Below, one piece after another: positions 1 through 7,705 of a stretch of 56,531 nt of DNA. Position numbers and translations under genes: made by a program. How positions within the stretch are numbered: position 1 is the first letter of the stretch; every line of letters starts with the position of its first letter. This DNA is from a virus: IMG/VR virus record IMGVR_UViG_3300028578_000004, positions 1 to 56,531 of that record; one strand, given 5' to 3'. The notes below the pieces were generated by a model. The model worked only from the letters and a program-made list of their open reading frames with translations. It was not told the DNA's origin and made no database searches.

Positions 1-127
1 ACCCAAGCATCAGTCAGGCAAGCAGTACGCGGCGCTGTGCGGGGGACAGGTAGCGAAGCCCGATGACAATGCCGAGACCTTCAACCCCTACGGGCGCAAC
101 GTGTGCGGGACGTGCGCGGCGAAGGCG
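1..127. repeat. Terminal direct repeat identical to 56405..56531; assembly overlap of a circular or circularly permuted genome
   Basis: Bases 1-127 match the last 127 bases of the window letter for letter. The exonuclease reading frame continues through the junction. Confidence 0.95.
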
Positions 128-169
128 ACCGAGCGACCGGCCGAGACGAAAGAGGAGAGTGCTGCATGA
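2..169 (+). CDS. 3-prime end of the exonuclease gene that starts at 55419 (wraps around the circular junction)
   Basis: The frame is open from base 2 and is the same frame as the gene leaving the window at 56531. Stop TGA 167-169 overlaps ATG 166 of the next gene. Only 128-169 is sequence not already present at the window end. Confidence 0.8.
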   Translation, partial: PKHQSGKQYAALCGGQVAKPDDNAETFNPYGRNVCGTCAAKATERPAETKEESAA

Positions 170-1266
170 GCCCACTCCTAGACCTCGAGCAGCAGCAGCG
201 ATACCGCGAGCTCGGCAGGCTTCGCATGGGCGAAAAGGCCATCTCGCAGAAGTCGGGAAAGGAGTTCCCGAAGAAGCTCCTCAACTGGCGGGTCACCTCG
301 TCGTCGCGTCCTCTGCTGGAAGCCATCGCCGATCTGTACGGAGGCGAGGTCGTGCCCTGGGACGATGCACCCCAGGAGGGCGAGAACTGGCAGGTCACGA
401 CGGAGTCGAACCGCTTGCACATCGCGCTACCGCCGGGTGATGTGCTGTCGCAATACTGGGAATTGTGGTCGGGGGGCGGGTGCAAACGACGCTGCGACGG
501 GTTCGACCAACTACTGGTCGCCCGGAAATGCTCGTGCCCGAAAGACCTCAACGAACGCGCCGAGCAGGCGAGCGCGAAACCGCCGGCGGCGTGCAAGCCG
601 GTCACGCGGCTCGGGGTGCTCCTGCCGGACGTGCCGGATATCGGAGTCTGGCGGCTTGAGTCTCACGGCTACAACGCCGCGGTAGAGCTGCACTCCACGT
701 ACAAGATCCTGCAAGCCGTGCTCGACCGGGGTCTGGTCGTCGAGGCGTTCCTTCGGATCGACCCCCGCACCGCGAAGAAAGAGGGCAAGCCGATCTCCCA
801 CTTCACGGTTCCGGTGATCGAGTTCGAGCAGACCTCCGGGCAACTGGCCGAGACGCTAATGCTCGGAGCGGGAGACGAAGTGCCTGCGCTCGCTGCGGCG
901 CCCGTAGAGCCCAAGGGGTTCTCAGACGCCCCAGCGCCCCCACTTCACACTGACGAGGCTGCAGGGGCCACTACAGCGCCGGAAACGGGCGATCCTGGGA
1001 ACGGGTCGCAGGCACTTCCCCCGTGGATCATGGACCTGCCCGGCGAGGAGCCAGACATCATCGACGCGGCCCGTGAGATATGGGTTGAAAAGGGGGGCGA
1101 CCCAGAAGGGCTCCAGAGCCTCAAGCAGCTGGTCGGCATGGACCCCGCGACGCAGGCAGACCTCCGGGCCCGGATCGAACGAAACCGCGAGCAGGCGACC
1201 CCACCCCCCGAACCCGCGGACGCGTGGGACCCACCCGAAGGCACCGAGGAAGGAAAGCTCGTATGA
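166..1266 (+). CDS. Conserved phage protein with an internal Cys cluster; possible ssDNA-annealing or recombination partner of the exonuclease (function uncertain)
   Basis: ATGA overlap with the upstream stop and GAGGAG at 152-157. 366 aa with a GGGCKRRCDG..CSC..C cluster and GVWRLESHGY. The functional guess rests only on synteny with the exonuclease and RusA. Confidence 0.75.
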   Translation: MSPLLDLEQQQRYRELGRLRMGEKAISQKSGKEFPKKLLNWRVTSSSRPLLEAIADLYGGEVVPWDDAPQEGENWQVTTESNRLHIALPPGDVLSQYWELWSGGGCKRRCDGFDQLLVARKCSCPKDLNERAEQASAKPPAACKPVTRLGVLLPDVPDIGVWRLESHGYNAAVELHSTYKILQAVLDRGLVVEAFLRIDPRTAKKEGKPISHFTVPVIEFEQTSGQLAETLMLGAGDEVPALAAAPVEPKGFSDAPAPPLHTDEAAGATTAPETGDPGNGSQALPPWIMDLPGEEPDIIDAAREIWVEKGGDPEGLQSLKQLVGMDPATQADLRARIERNREQATPPPEPADAWDPPEGTEEGKLV

Positions 1267-1442
1267 GCGGGATCGCGTACGTCGCGAAGGGCGACGGATG
1301 TCTGGTGGTGGAGGCCCCGACACAGGAGGAGGCGAGGGCGCGGGCAGCACGGATCGCGAACGCAGCCTGCCGTCCGCTAGCACGCCCCTACTCGCGCGAC
1401 GAGAGAATCCTGCGCGAGCGCGAGACGAGGCGCGTGCCGTGA
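1263..1442 (+). CDS. Hypothetical protein (59 aa)
   Basis: ATG 1263 overlaps the upstream stop (ATGA). High GC3 frame, and the stop overlaps the next start. Confidence 0.6.
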   Translation: MSGIAYVAKGDGCLVVEAPTQEEARARAARIANAACRPLARPYSRDERILRERETRRVP

Positions 1443-1792
1443 CTCGGGGCACGTACGTCAACAGGGGCCGCGGTGCTCCGTGCGCTAGCTGCGGGAGGAA
1501 CCTGTACCAAAAGCGCGCCCGTGTTTGGGTGCACCGAGACACGGATCTCATGGCGTGTCGAGGAAGCGGAACCGCCCTGCCGATGCTCACCAACAACCAA
1601 GCGGACGTGCTGGAGTTCGTGCGGAGCTACATCGGTTTCAAGCGGTACCCGCCGACCATCCGTGAGATTTGCGATGCACTCGGCTACCGGTCCACGAGCA
1701 CCGTCCACCTTCACCTGCACGCGCTGGTAGCAAAGACCTACTTAGAGATCGATGGCGGGCCGCGCACCCTTCGAGTGGTGAAGTCAGCGTGA
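1439..1792 (+). CDS. DNA-binding protein with a LexA-type N-terminal winged-helix domain
   Basis: GTGA overlap start. The C-terminal part MLTNNQADVLEFVRSYIGFKRYPPTIREICDALGYRSTSTVHLHLHALVAKTYLE matches the LexA DNA-binding domain pattern. There is no S24 peptidase domain. An alternative start at ATG 1583 is possible. Confidence 0.75.
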   Translation: MTRGTYVNRGRGAPCASCGRNLYQKRARVWVHRDTDLMACRGSGTALPMLTNNQADVLEFVRSYIGFKRYPPTIREICDALGYRSTSTVHLHLHALVAKTYLEIDGGPRTLRVVKSA

Positions 1793-2247
1793 CCGCCTAC
1801 AGCTTCGAGGTCCTGGGCGACCCCGTTCCGCAGGGAAGCATGACGGCATTCATCGCGGGCGGTAAGGCGCGCGTCGCGCACAAGGCCCCGAAGGGTCTCC
1901 AAGCATTCCGTGCGGACTGTCGCAACGCGGCTGCTCAGGCCGGGGTGACGGTGATCGAGGGACCGGTTCGCCTGCGCGCGGTGTTCGTGCTGGAACGTCC
2001 GCAGAGCCATCGCGGCACCGGGAAGAACGCGGGCATGCTCAAAGCATCGGCGCCCGAGTACCACACAGGCCAACGGCCCGATGGCGACAAGATCCTGCGG
2101 AGCCTTTTTGACGCGCTCACCGGCGTGTGCTTCCGCGACGACGGCCAGGTCTGCGTCGCGTCGTTCGTCAAGCGGTACGTGCGGGAGGGCGAGGCCCCGC
2201 ACACCTCCGTCACAGTCGACAGTCTCGCGGACGAAGGGAGGCCGTAA
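1789..2247 (+). CDS. rusA: RusA-family Holliday junction resolvase
   Basis: GTGA overlap start. 152 aa with the RusA signature PDGDKILRSLFDALTGVCFRDDGQV. Confidence 0.85.
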   Translation: MTAYSFEVLGDPVPQGSMTAFIAGGKARVAHKAPKGLQAFRADCRNAAAQAGVTVIEGPVRLRAVFVLERPQSHRGTGKNAGMLKASAPEYHTGQRPDGDKILRSLFDALTGVCFRDDGQVCVASFVKRYVREGEAPHTSVTVDSLADEGRP

Positions 2248-2793
2248 GTGGTCGAGCAGAAGGGGCAGAAGAAAGCGGGGCTGAACGACTTCGAGGGGTT
2301 GTCGGTTGCAGCCGCGGGCGTGGAGATGCCGGGGGCCGCGGGCGGGTTGCGCGAGGCGATGAAGGTCGATCCCGTCGAGCTCCACCACGGCGAGGAGGGC
2401 TACGTCGTCCTGCACTTCACGGTCGGCAAGGTCCGCCACGACCCGATCGTCAAGGGCCAGACGGAGCCTCTGCGACGCGTGCACATCCTCAACGTGGACG
2501 AGGCGGCGTTCATCGGCGCCGAGTACGTCGAGGAGCACATGCAGGCGCAGCGCGCGAAGATCCAGCGGGCGAAGGAAGAGGAAGCTGGGCAGGACTCACT
2601 CGACGGTGGCGCGTACACGGCGTTCCTCATCATGCCGAGGGCGAAGCTCGCGTTCGCTTGCAAGGAGTTGCAGCTCAACGACGGCGGCAAGAAGGAAGAC
2701 CTCGCGCAACGCCTCGCAGACCACCACGCGGTCGAACCGGAAGCGGTCGAAGACGCGCTCGCGAAGTTCGAACGCGAGAACGAAGCAGGCTAG
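2248..2793 (+). CDS. Hypothetical protein with a C-terminal SAP-like DNA-binding motif
   Basis: GTG start directly after the rusA stop. The C-terminal LAFACKELQLNDGGKKEDLAQRLADH resembles a SAP helix-extension-helix motif. Confidence 0.7.
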   Translation: MVEQKGQKKAGLNDFEGLSVAAAGVEMPGAAGGLREAMKVDPVELHHGEEGYVVLHFTVGKVRHDPIVKGQTEPLRRVHILNVDEAAFIGAEYVEEHMQAQRAKIQRAKEEEAGQDSLDGGAYTAFLIMPRAKLAFACKELQLNDGGKKEDLAQRLADHHAVEPEAVEDALAKFERENEAG

Positions 2794-2800
2794 GCAGGCC

Positions 2801-3250
2801 GTGGAGTCCCTGTGGCGATCGGACGCGTTACCGGCGCGCTTCTGGTCGAAGGTCCGGCGCTCCCCGAAGGGCTGCTGGCTGTGGACCGGAGCGATCGCGA
2901 AGAGCGGCTATGGCACGTTCTCCTTGAACGGTCGGACGGAGTACGCGCACCGCGTCGCCTGGCTGGAGCTCATCGGCCCGATCCCACAGGGACTCGAGAT
3001 CGACCATGTTAAGTGCGGCAGGCATCGCTGCGTGAACCCAGCGCACCTCCGAGTCGTCACGCACGCGCAGAACATGGCGCGCGAGATGCCCAAGGCGTGG
3101 GAGGGCAACCTAAAGAAGACGCATTGCCCGGCCGGCCACGAGTACACCGCGGAGAACACGTACATGGGGCCGAAGGGCAGAGACTGTCGGGCGTGTCGCT
3201 TGGAAGCGACGCGGCGGTGGAGGAAGAGACGGAAGGAATCGGCAGCGTGA
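2801..3250 (+). CDS. HNH endonuclease (HNH_3-type)
   Basis: CWLWTGAIAKSGYGTF, AHRVAWLELIGPIPQGLEIDHVKCGRHRCVNPAHL, then a CPAGHEY..CRAC zinc ribbon. GTG 2801 is in frame. Confidence 0.85.
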   Translation: MESLWRSDALPARFWSKVRRSPKGCWLWTGAIAKSGYGTFSLNGRTEYAHRVAWLELIGPIPQGLEIDHVKCGRHRCVNPAHLRVVTHAQNMAREMPKAWEGNLKKTHCPAGHEYTAENTYMGPKGRDCRACRLEATRRWRKRRKESAA

Positions 3251-3855
3251 CGCACTCAGACCTTCGGGTGTACGCACCCCACGAACTCGGGCACGATGGC
3301 TACCCGATCGCGTGGCATGAGACGGTCAAGCATCTAGTCCGCGAGCTGGCTGGCCACCGCTGCATTCGATGCGGGCACCCGTACCCGCCGGGGATCGCAA
3401 AGCGTTGTCGGGGCGGGGAGTGGACTCCCTGTGACGCGGGCTGCACGCACGCCGGGATCGTCTCGCTGCTCAACACGGAACCGACCGGCCCGGAGTGGAT
3501 TGATACGGAACTCGACCAAGGACCCAGCGCGGGTGAGCTCGTGGTCGCCGGGAAGGACGTGCTGGCCCGTTACCGCATCCTGACTGTTCACCATCTCAAC
3601 GGACATAAAACCGACTGCCGCTGGTGGAACCTGCTGGCGCTCTGTCAGCGTTGTCATCTACAGATCCAAGGCAAGGTCAGGCCGCATCGGCCGTACCCAT
3701 GGGAACACCGCCCGTGGTTCCGCCCGTACGCGGCAGGGTTCTACGCGGCGAAGTACCTAGGCGAAGACCTCACGCGTGAGGAGACTGAGGCCCGCCTAGA
3801 CGAACTGCTTGCCCTCGGGGCACGCGAGGACGCGGTCGAGCGGATGCCGCTGTAG
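3247..3855 (+). CDS. HNH-motif nuclease
   Basis: GTGA overlap start. CIRCGHPY, then LTVHHLNGHKTDCRWWNLLALCQRCHLQIQ (H-N-H core). Confidence 0.8.
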   Translation: MTHSDLRVYAPHELGHDGYPIAWHETVKHLVRELAGHRCIRCGHPYPPGIAKRCRGGEWTPCDAGCTHAGIVSLLNTEPTGPEWIDTELDQGPSAGELVVAGKDVLARYRILTVHHLNGHKTDCRWWNLLALCQRCHLQIQGKVRPHRPYPWEHRPWFRPYAAGFYAAKYLGEDLTREETEARLDELLALGAREDAVERMPL

Positions 3856-4098
3856 ATGCCTAAGCTCCCCGGTCCCCCGTACAGCGGAGCCGATTACCCG
3901 CAACCCCAAGGCATAGAAGTCGGTTGGTGGGGCGGCAAGTTCAAAACCGATCCGGATGGGGTGCTGCACTTTCGCGCCAAAGGATTCTTCGATGACCCGA
4001 TGCGCTGCGGAGCGTCACCGCGCGAGGACTGGCGGGGGAACCCGACCGAGTGGAAGTCCGAGTGCGTCGTGTGTTTCGACCAAGGGGCGATCTTTTGA
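3856..4098 (+). CDS. Hypothetical protein (80 aa)
   Basis: ATG immediately after the upstream stop. Coding-like GC3. Confidence 0.65.
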   Translation: MPKLPGPPYSGADYPQPQGIEVGWWGGKFKTDPDGVLHFRAKGFFDDPMRCGASPREDWRGNPTEWKSECVVCFDQGAIF

Positions 4099-4463
4099 AC
4101 CCCGTGTGCGGCAAGAGACATCTCGGAGCCTTCGATCGTTGCGAGCTCCCCGCCGGCCACGACCGCGCCCCACGCAAGCCCCTTCGGCAACGCTCCGAAA
4201 AGCAGGAGGTCAAAGAGTCCGAGTGGCAAGCAATCAAGCGCCGCAAGGTCAACCGGCAACGGGCGATTCACGGCTTCACCTTCTGCGAACGATGCGGCAA
4301 GCGCACCAAATGGCTCCAGTGCCACCACACGGACTACCGGAGCCGCGGAGGGTCGAACACCGAGGACAACGCCGAACTACTCTGCACGGGCCCGGGGTCA
4401 TGCCATGAGCGTGAACACGGCACGCCCTGGCCGAAAGATCGCGAAGACCCCGAAGGTACTTGA
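4095..4463 (+). CDS. HNH endonuclease
   Basis: CERCGKRTKWLQCHHTDYRSRGGSNTEDNAELLCTGPGSCHEREH. The start is taken at TTG 4095, which overlaps the upstream stop. GTG 4104 is an alternative. Confidence 0.8.
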   Translation: MNPVCGKRHLGAFDRCELPAGHDRAPRKPLRQRSEKQEVKESEWQAIKRRKVNRQRAIHGFTFCERCGKRTKWLQCHHTDYRSRGGSNTEDNAELLCTGPGSCHEREHGTPWPKDREDPEGT

Positions 4464-4488
4464 ACCCCGACCACGCGACTGCTAATCT
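4460..4488 (+). promoter_or_regulatory. Candidate sigma-70-type promoter
   Basis: TTGAAC (4460-4465), a 17-nt spacer, then TAATCT (4483-4488). It lies in the 86-nt gap after the HNH gene and ahead of the 4550 operon. Confidence 0.4.
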
Positions 4489-4532
4489 CGGTCCCACAAC
4501 TGAATAAGCGGGGTACACCACACCCCGAGAAA

Positions 4533-4545
4533 GGGATGAGCGACC
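4533..4545 (+). promoter_or_regulatory. Copy 1 of the exact 13-nt motif GGGATGAGCGACC
   Basis: The same 13-mer occurs at 15374 and 32835, each time in an intergenic gap just upstream of a small Cys-rich ORF. The internal ATG opens a 5-codon uORF (MSDPL) whose stop overlaps ATG 4550. Confidence 0.7.
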
Positions 4546-4549
4546 CTTT

Positions 4550-4906
4550 ATGAAGACTGAGACCGATTCGGCAACGGCGCTATTTATGGGGAAGTGTCGG
4601 CGCTGCAAGGCACCCCACCGATTCGAGTTCGAGAGGTTCGGTCCTCGCGCCGAGGCGGTCGCCCGCGATGCCAATGGAGACCTTCGCAATGTGCACGAGT
4701 GGGCTTGGAATGCCCCGCTCTCTGGCGTAGCCGATAATCGGCCCACCTGTAAGGAGTGTGGCTATCAGGGTCCTTGGCGGCTTAGCCGGATCGCGGGCAC
4801 GCACAATCCCGAGGTTGCCTGCAACGCTCGCTGCATGGGCGCGACTGGCCCCTCCTGCGATTGCTCCTGTGGCGGGCGCAACCACGGCGCGAGGTACGCG
4901 GCATGA
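4550..4906 (+). CDS. Cys-rich zinc-ribbon protein (118 aa)
   Basis: ATG start after the intergenic gap. CRRC, CKEC and a CDCSCGG cluster. Confidence 0.75.
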   Translation: MKTETDSATALFMGKCRRCKAPHRFEFERFGPRAEAVARDANGDLRNVHEWAWNAPLSGVADNRPTCKECGYQGPWRLSRIAGTHNPEVACNARCMGATGPSCDCSCGGRNHGARYAA

Positions 4907-5208
4907 CTGCACAAACCCGCAACCCCCACCGCGATCACGCGCGTCTCGTAAAGGCCGTCAAGATCGCGGACTGGTTCGACTCCGCGGCCCCGGAGTTCGT
5001 GACGCTCGCGCTCGAAGACGACGGGAAGATCCTGCGCGCACTCGACCCCGACTTCTGGAAGACGCTCGCGAAGCTGATCGACATTCACCCGCCGAGTGCG
5101 GAGACGGTTGACGAAGTCCTAGACCTGTTGAAGCGCAGGCGCGAGACGAAGGCCGATCCGTTCGCGGGACTCGGGCAAGCACCGGAGCCGCGGAGCGTGG
5201 CGAGATGA
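4903..5208 (+). CDS. Hypothetical protein (101 aa)
   Basis: ATGA overlap start at 4903. Confidence 0.65.
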   Translation: MTAQTRNPHRDHARLVKAVKIADWFDSAAPEFVTLALEDDGKILRALDPDFWKTLAKLIDIHPPSAETVDEVLDLLKRRRETKADPFAGLGQAPEPRSVAR

Positions 5209-5375
5209 TGCCGATGACCGCGCAGCAGGACGCTGACCGCGCTGTTGCGGTGATACAGAAGTTCGGCGGGATATGGGAGGCGGCAGCGGCACTTGCACCT
5301 CGGAGGGACCCGTGCGTCATTAACCTCGCGTCGTGGACTCCATCCAATAGAGCAGGAGGGGCGAGCGATGGTTGA
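5205..5375 (+). CDS. Hypothetical protein (56 aa)
   Basis: Hand-translated; below the ORF-track size cutoff. ATGA overlap start, and the ORF ends 7 nt into the next gene. Confidence 0.5.
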   Translation: MMPMTAQQDADRAVAVIQKFGGIWEAAAALAPRRDPCVINLASWTPSNRAGGASDG

Positions 5376-5775
5376 GACGTTCACCTGCGAGTGGCACGGG
5401 TGCGTCGTGCCGATCGAGAAAGAGCATCCGGGCTGCCCCGACTGCAACGTCTTCCTAGACGACCCGCCCGACTCTGCACAGATGACGGGCGAGGAACGGG
5501 CCGCAGAACTGAGGGGCTGGTTCGACCGAGTCCTGACGGTGCGGTTCCCACGTCTGCATGAACGAATCGAGGCGCTTGTCGGGCGCTCAGTGTGGACGCA
5601 CGAAATGGGCGTCAACGTTGAAGGGCTGATCCAAGAGGCTGCTAGCGGACAGCACCCCGAAGACCTGCGCCGTCACGTCATCGACTCCATGTGCGACGCA
5701 GTTGGGGCCGAGAAGGTCTTCGTAGCGGACGTGCCCAGCTCTACAGAATCAAGAGCAGGAGGGGCCGATGCCTGA
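5368..5775 (+). CDS. Hypothetical protein with an N-terminal CxxxxC..CPDC motif (135 aa)
   Basis: AGGAGG RBS at 5354-5359, then ATG 5368. Confidence 0.75.
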   Translation: MVETFTCEWHGCVVPIEKEHPGCPDCNVFLDDPPDSAQMTGEERAAELRGWFDRVLTVRFPRLHERIEALVGRSVWTHEMGVNVEGLIQEAASGQHPEDLRRHVIDSMCDAVGAEKVFVADVPSSTESRAGGADA

Positions 5776-5926
5776 GCGCGAGCAACGCGGAGCGAACGGG
5801 CGGGCTCTTGGGGCCTGCGACCACTGCGCCCGCTATCCGGGCGAACAACATGCAGATTGGTGCGAATACCGATCCGAGGTCTTCGTTGCCGCCGCCTCTC
5901 CCTCTAAAGAGGAGGCCCCCCGATGA
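5768..5926 (+). CDS. Hypothetical small protein (52 aa)
   Basis: Hand-translated. ATG 5768, and the stop overlaps the next ATG (ATGA). Contains a CDHC motif. Confidence 0.5.
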   Translation: MPEREQRGANGRALGACDHCARYPGEQHADWCEYRSEVFVAAASPSKEEAPR

Positions 5927-6168
5927 GCACTACCCAATGCTCTGCATGGATTCAGTTCGACCGCATGCCCACTCGGTTCGAGTGCAAAGAGCGATACGAC
6001 CACGGGGGGGACCACGCTGACTATGCATCGGTCGAAGACCCCTCCGCCCGCCCTGACGGCTACCGAGTCATTTGGGAAGTGTCGTGGCAGGACGATGCTA
6101 TGGAACACGCGGCCTGCACCACGGGCTACGACGACCCCCTGCCCACCAAAGGAGAGTCCCGTGGCTGA
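5923..6168 (+). CDS. Hypothetical protein (81 aa)
   Basis: GAGGAGG RBS upstream and an ATGA overlap start. Confidence 0.7.
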   Translation: MSTTQCSAWIQFDRMPTRFECKERYDHGGDHADYASVEDPSARPDGYRVIWEVSWQDDAMEHAACTTGYDDPLPTKGESRG

Positions 6169-6334
6169 CGCGCCGATACCCCGTCCGAAGAGCTTCTTAG
6201 ACGAAGCCCTCCGAGCGATCGAAGCGTCTAGGCCCGAAGAAGGAATCACGCCCGGCCCTGACAAGATCATCCACGCGCTACACGCGTTGACGTGGGCGTG
6301 CCTGTCCGTCGCTGAAGAAACGAGCAGGTCGTGA
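6161..6334 (+). CDS. Hypothetical protein (57 aa)
   Basis: GTG 6161 preceded by AAAGGAGAG. Confidence 0.55.
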   Translation: MADAPIPRPKSFLDEALRAIEASRPEEGITPGPDKIIHALHALTWACLSVAEETSRS

Positions 6335-6555
6335 CGCCCCTCCCCTCCTCCGACCACTCCGGGGACCGGCCGTTCCTCATGGCGTCGGACGGTTTCGACA
6401 CACTCACCGACGAGGCCCGCGCCAAGTGGGAGACGCCCTGCGAGATTGCCTGCACCTGCGTTCACGACTCGGGGCATCCGGGACCGTGCCATGACCACGC
6501 CGGAACCGTCATTCCAAAGCGCCTTCCTCCTCGCGACTACTGGGACCTGCCGTGA
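6331..6555 (+). CDS. Hypothetical protein (74 aa)
   Basis: GTGA overlap start. Confidence 0.6.
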   Translation: MTPLPSSDHSGDRPFLMASDGFDTLTDEARAKWETPCEIACTCVHDSGHPGPCHDHAGTVIPKRLPPRDYWDLP

Positions 6556-7568
6556 CGGCCGATCACTCCGGGGACCACCGGGACCTCCGAGACATAGCGC
6601 GGCGACTGCGGGAGAAGCCGCGGCAGGCCGTTAGGGATATGGAACTCGTTACGGTAACGGGCTGGAACATTGACGAGGCCGCCGACGCTCTCGACAAAGC
6701 CGCAGACCGCATCGAACGCCTCACCCAGCCCGCGGGCGACACCGAGGAGCTGATAGAGAGGGCGCAGCGGTTCTTCGACGACCCGATTGCGGTCGGCGGC
6801 GGACGCGACCTCGTTGGGCGGCTCGTCTCTGCCCTCATAGCCGCAGAGGCCCGCCACGTACGCGACCAGGAATGGATTGACAGGTTTCAAGGCCTGGCGG
6901 CGGCTAAAGAGCTAGAACGTCTCGGGCTCTTGCAGTCCATAGCTAAGAGCGTGCAGGGATGCGAAGACGTTCTCGATGGGCCGGACCCCACCGCTCGGGT
7001 GGTCGAACTCGTTGCGGAATGGGTTACACGGGCAGAGACCTCAGAGGCCCGCACCAACGACGACCCCCTTATCAAGTCGCTGACGGAGGAACTGTCCGCA
7101 TCGGAGGCCGAGCGCGTCGCGTTGAAGGAGGACTCGAAGCGCAAGGACGCGCTGATCCAACAAGCCCGCGATGACGCGGCGAAAGTGCGAGCGGAAGTCG
7201 ATGCGTTCCTGAACGGCCCTCACTATGCGGCGATGGTCGGAGCCTCTGAGAACCTCGCCGCTGCGACCAGTAGAGAGGAAGCCCTACGAGAGGCTGCGCA
7301 GAAGGCGATCGAGCGCATGGCTTCGATGGGTGCGCCGCCTCTGGTGTGGCGTGAACTTGCTAACGCGCTGGCCGAGCCTCCTTCCTCTCCGACTAAAACC
7401 GGGCCGAATCCCAACTGCCCCGAGTGCGCTGAAGAACGTCGAGCGCGGATACAGGCCACAGTTGCTTCGGCTATGGCGTCATCGGAGCGGGTGACGCCCG
7501 ATTACGAGACAGCTAGAGAATGGCCGAATTGCACGCACTCTTCCCGTAGAGAGGGAGAGGACGCATGA
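6552..7568 (+). CDS. Hypothetical coiled-coil protein (338 aa)
   Basis: GTGA overlap start. Long Ala/Glu/Arg-rich helical regions and a CPEC motif near the C-terminus. Confidence 0.75.
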   Translation: MTADHSGDHRDLRDIARRLREKPRQAVRDMELVTVTGWNIDEAADALDKAADRIERLTQPAGDTEELIERAQRFFDDPIAVGGGRDLVGRLVSALIAAEARHVRDQEWIDRFQGLAAAKELERLGLLQSIAKSVQGCEDVLDGPDPTARVVELVAEWVTRAETSEARTNDDPLIKSLTEELSASEAERVALKEDSKRKDALIQQARDDAAKVRAEVDAFLNGPHYAAMVGASENLAAATSREEALREAAQKAIERMASMGAPPLVWRELANALAEPPSSPTKTGPNPNCPECAEERRARIQATVASAMASSERVTPDYETAREWPNCTHSSRREGEDA

Positions 7569-7705
7569 GCGACCAGGCACCGTGCATCTGCTTGTGGCGG
7601 TTGGTCGACTACCTCGGAGGCAAGGCGCGTGAACCCGTTGCCGGATGCCCTCGACACGCCGAGGAAGATACCGCCGCCTCACCTAGAGAGAAAGGGACGG
7701 AGTGA
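7565..7705 (+). CDS. Hypothetical small Cys-containing protein (46 aa)
   Basis: Hand-translated. ATGA overlap start; begins with ATGAGCGACC (MSD). Confidence 0.5.
   Translation: MSDQAPCICLWRLVDYLGGKAREPVAGCPRHAEEDTAASPREKGTE

Noticed and set aside
4536-4553. Treating the MSD-initiated reading frames inside the 13-nt motif as the true gene starts
   Set aside because: The frames stop after 5, 10 and 31 codons, and they are out of frame with, or terminated before, the downstream zinc-ribbon ORFs. The downstream ORFs have their own RBS in copies 2 and 3. The short frames are kept only as possible uORFs.
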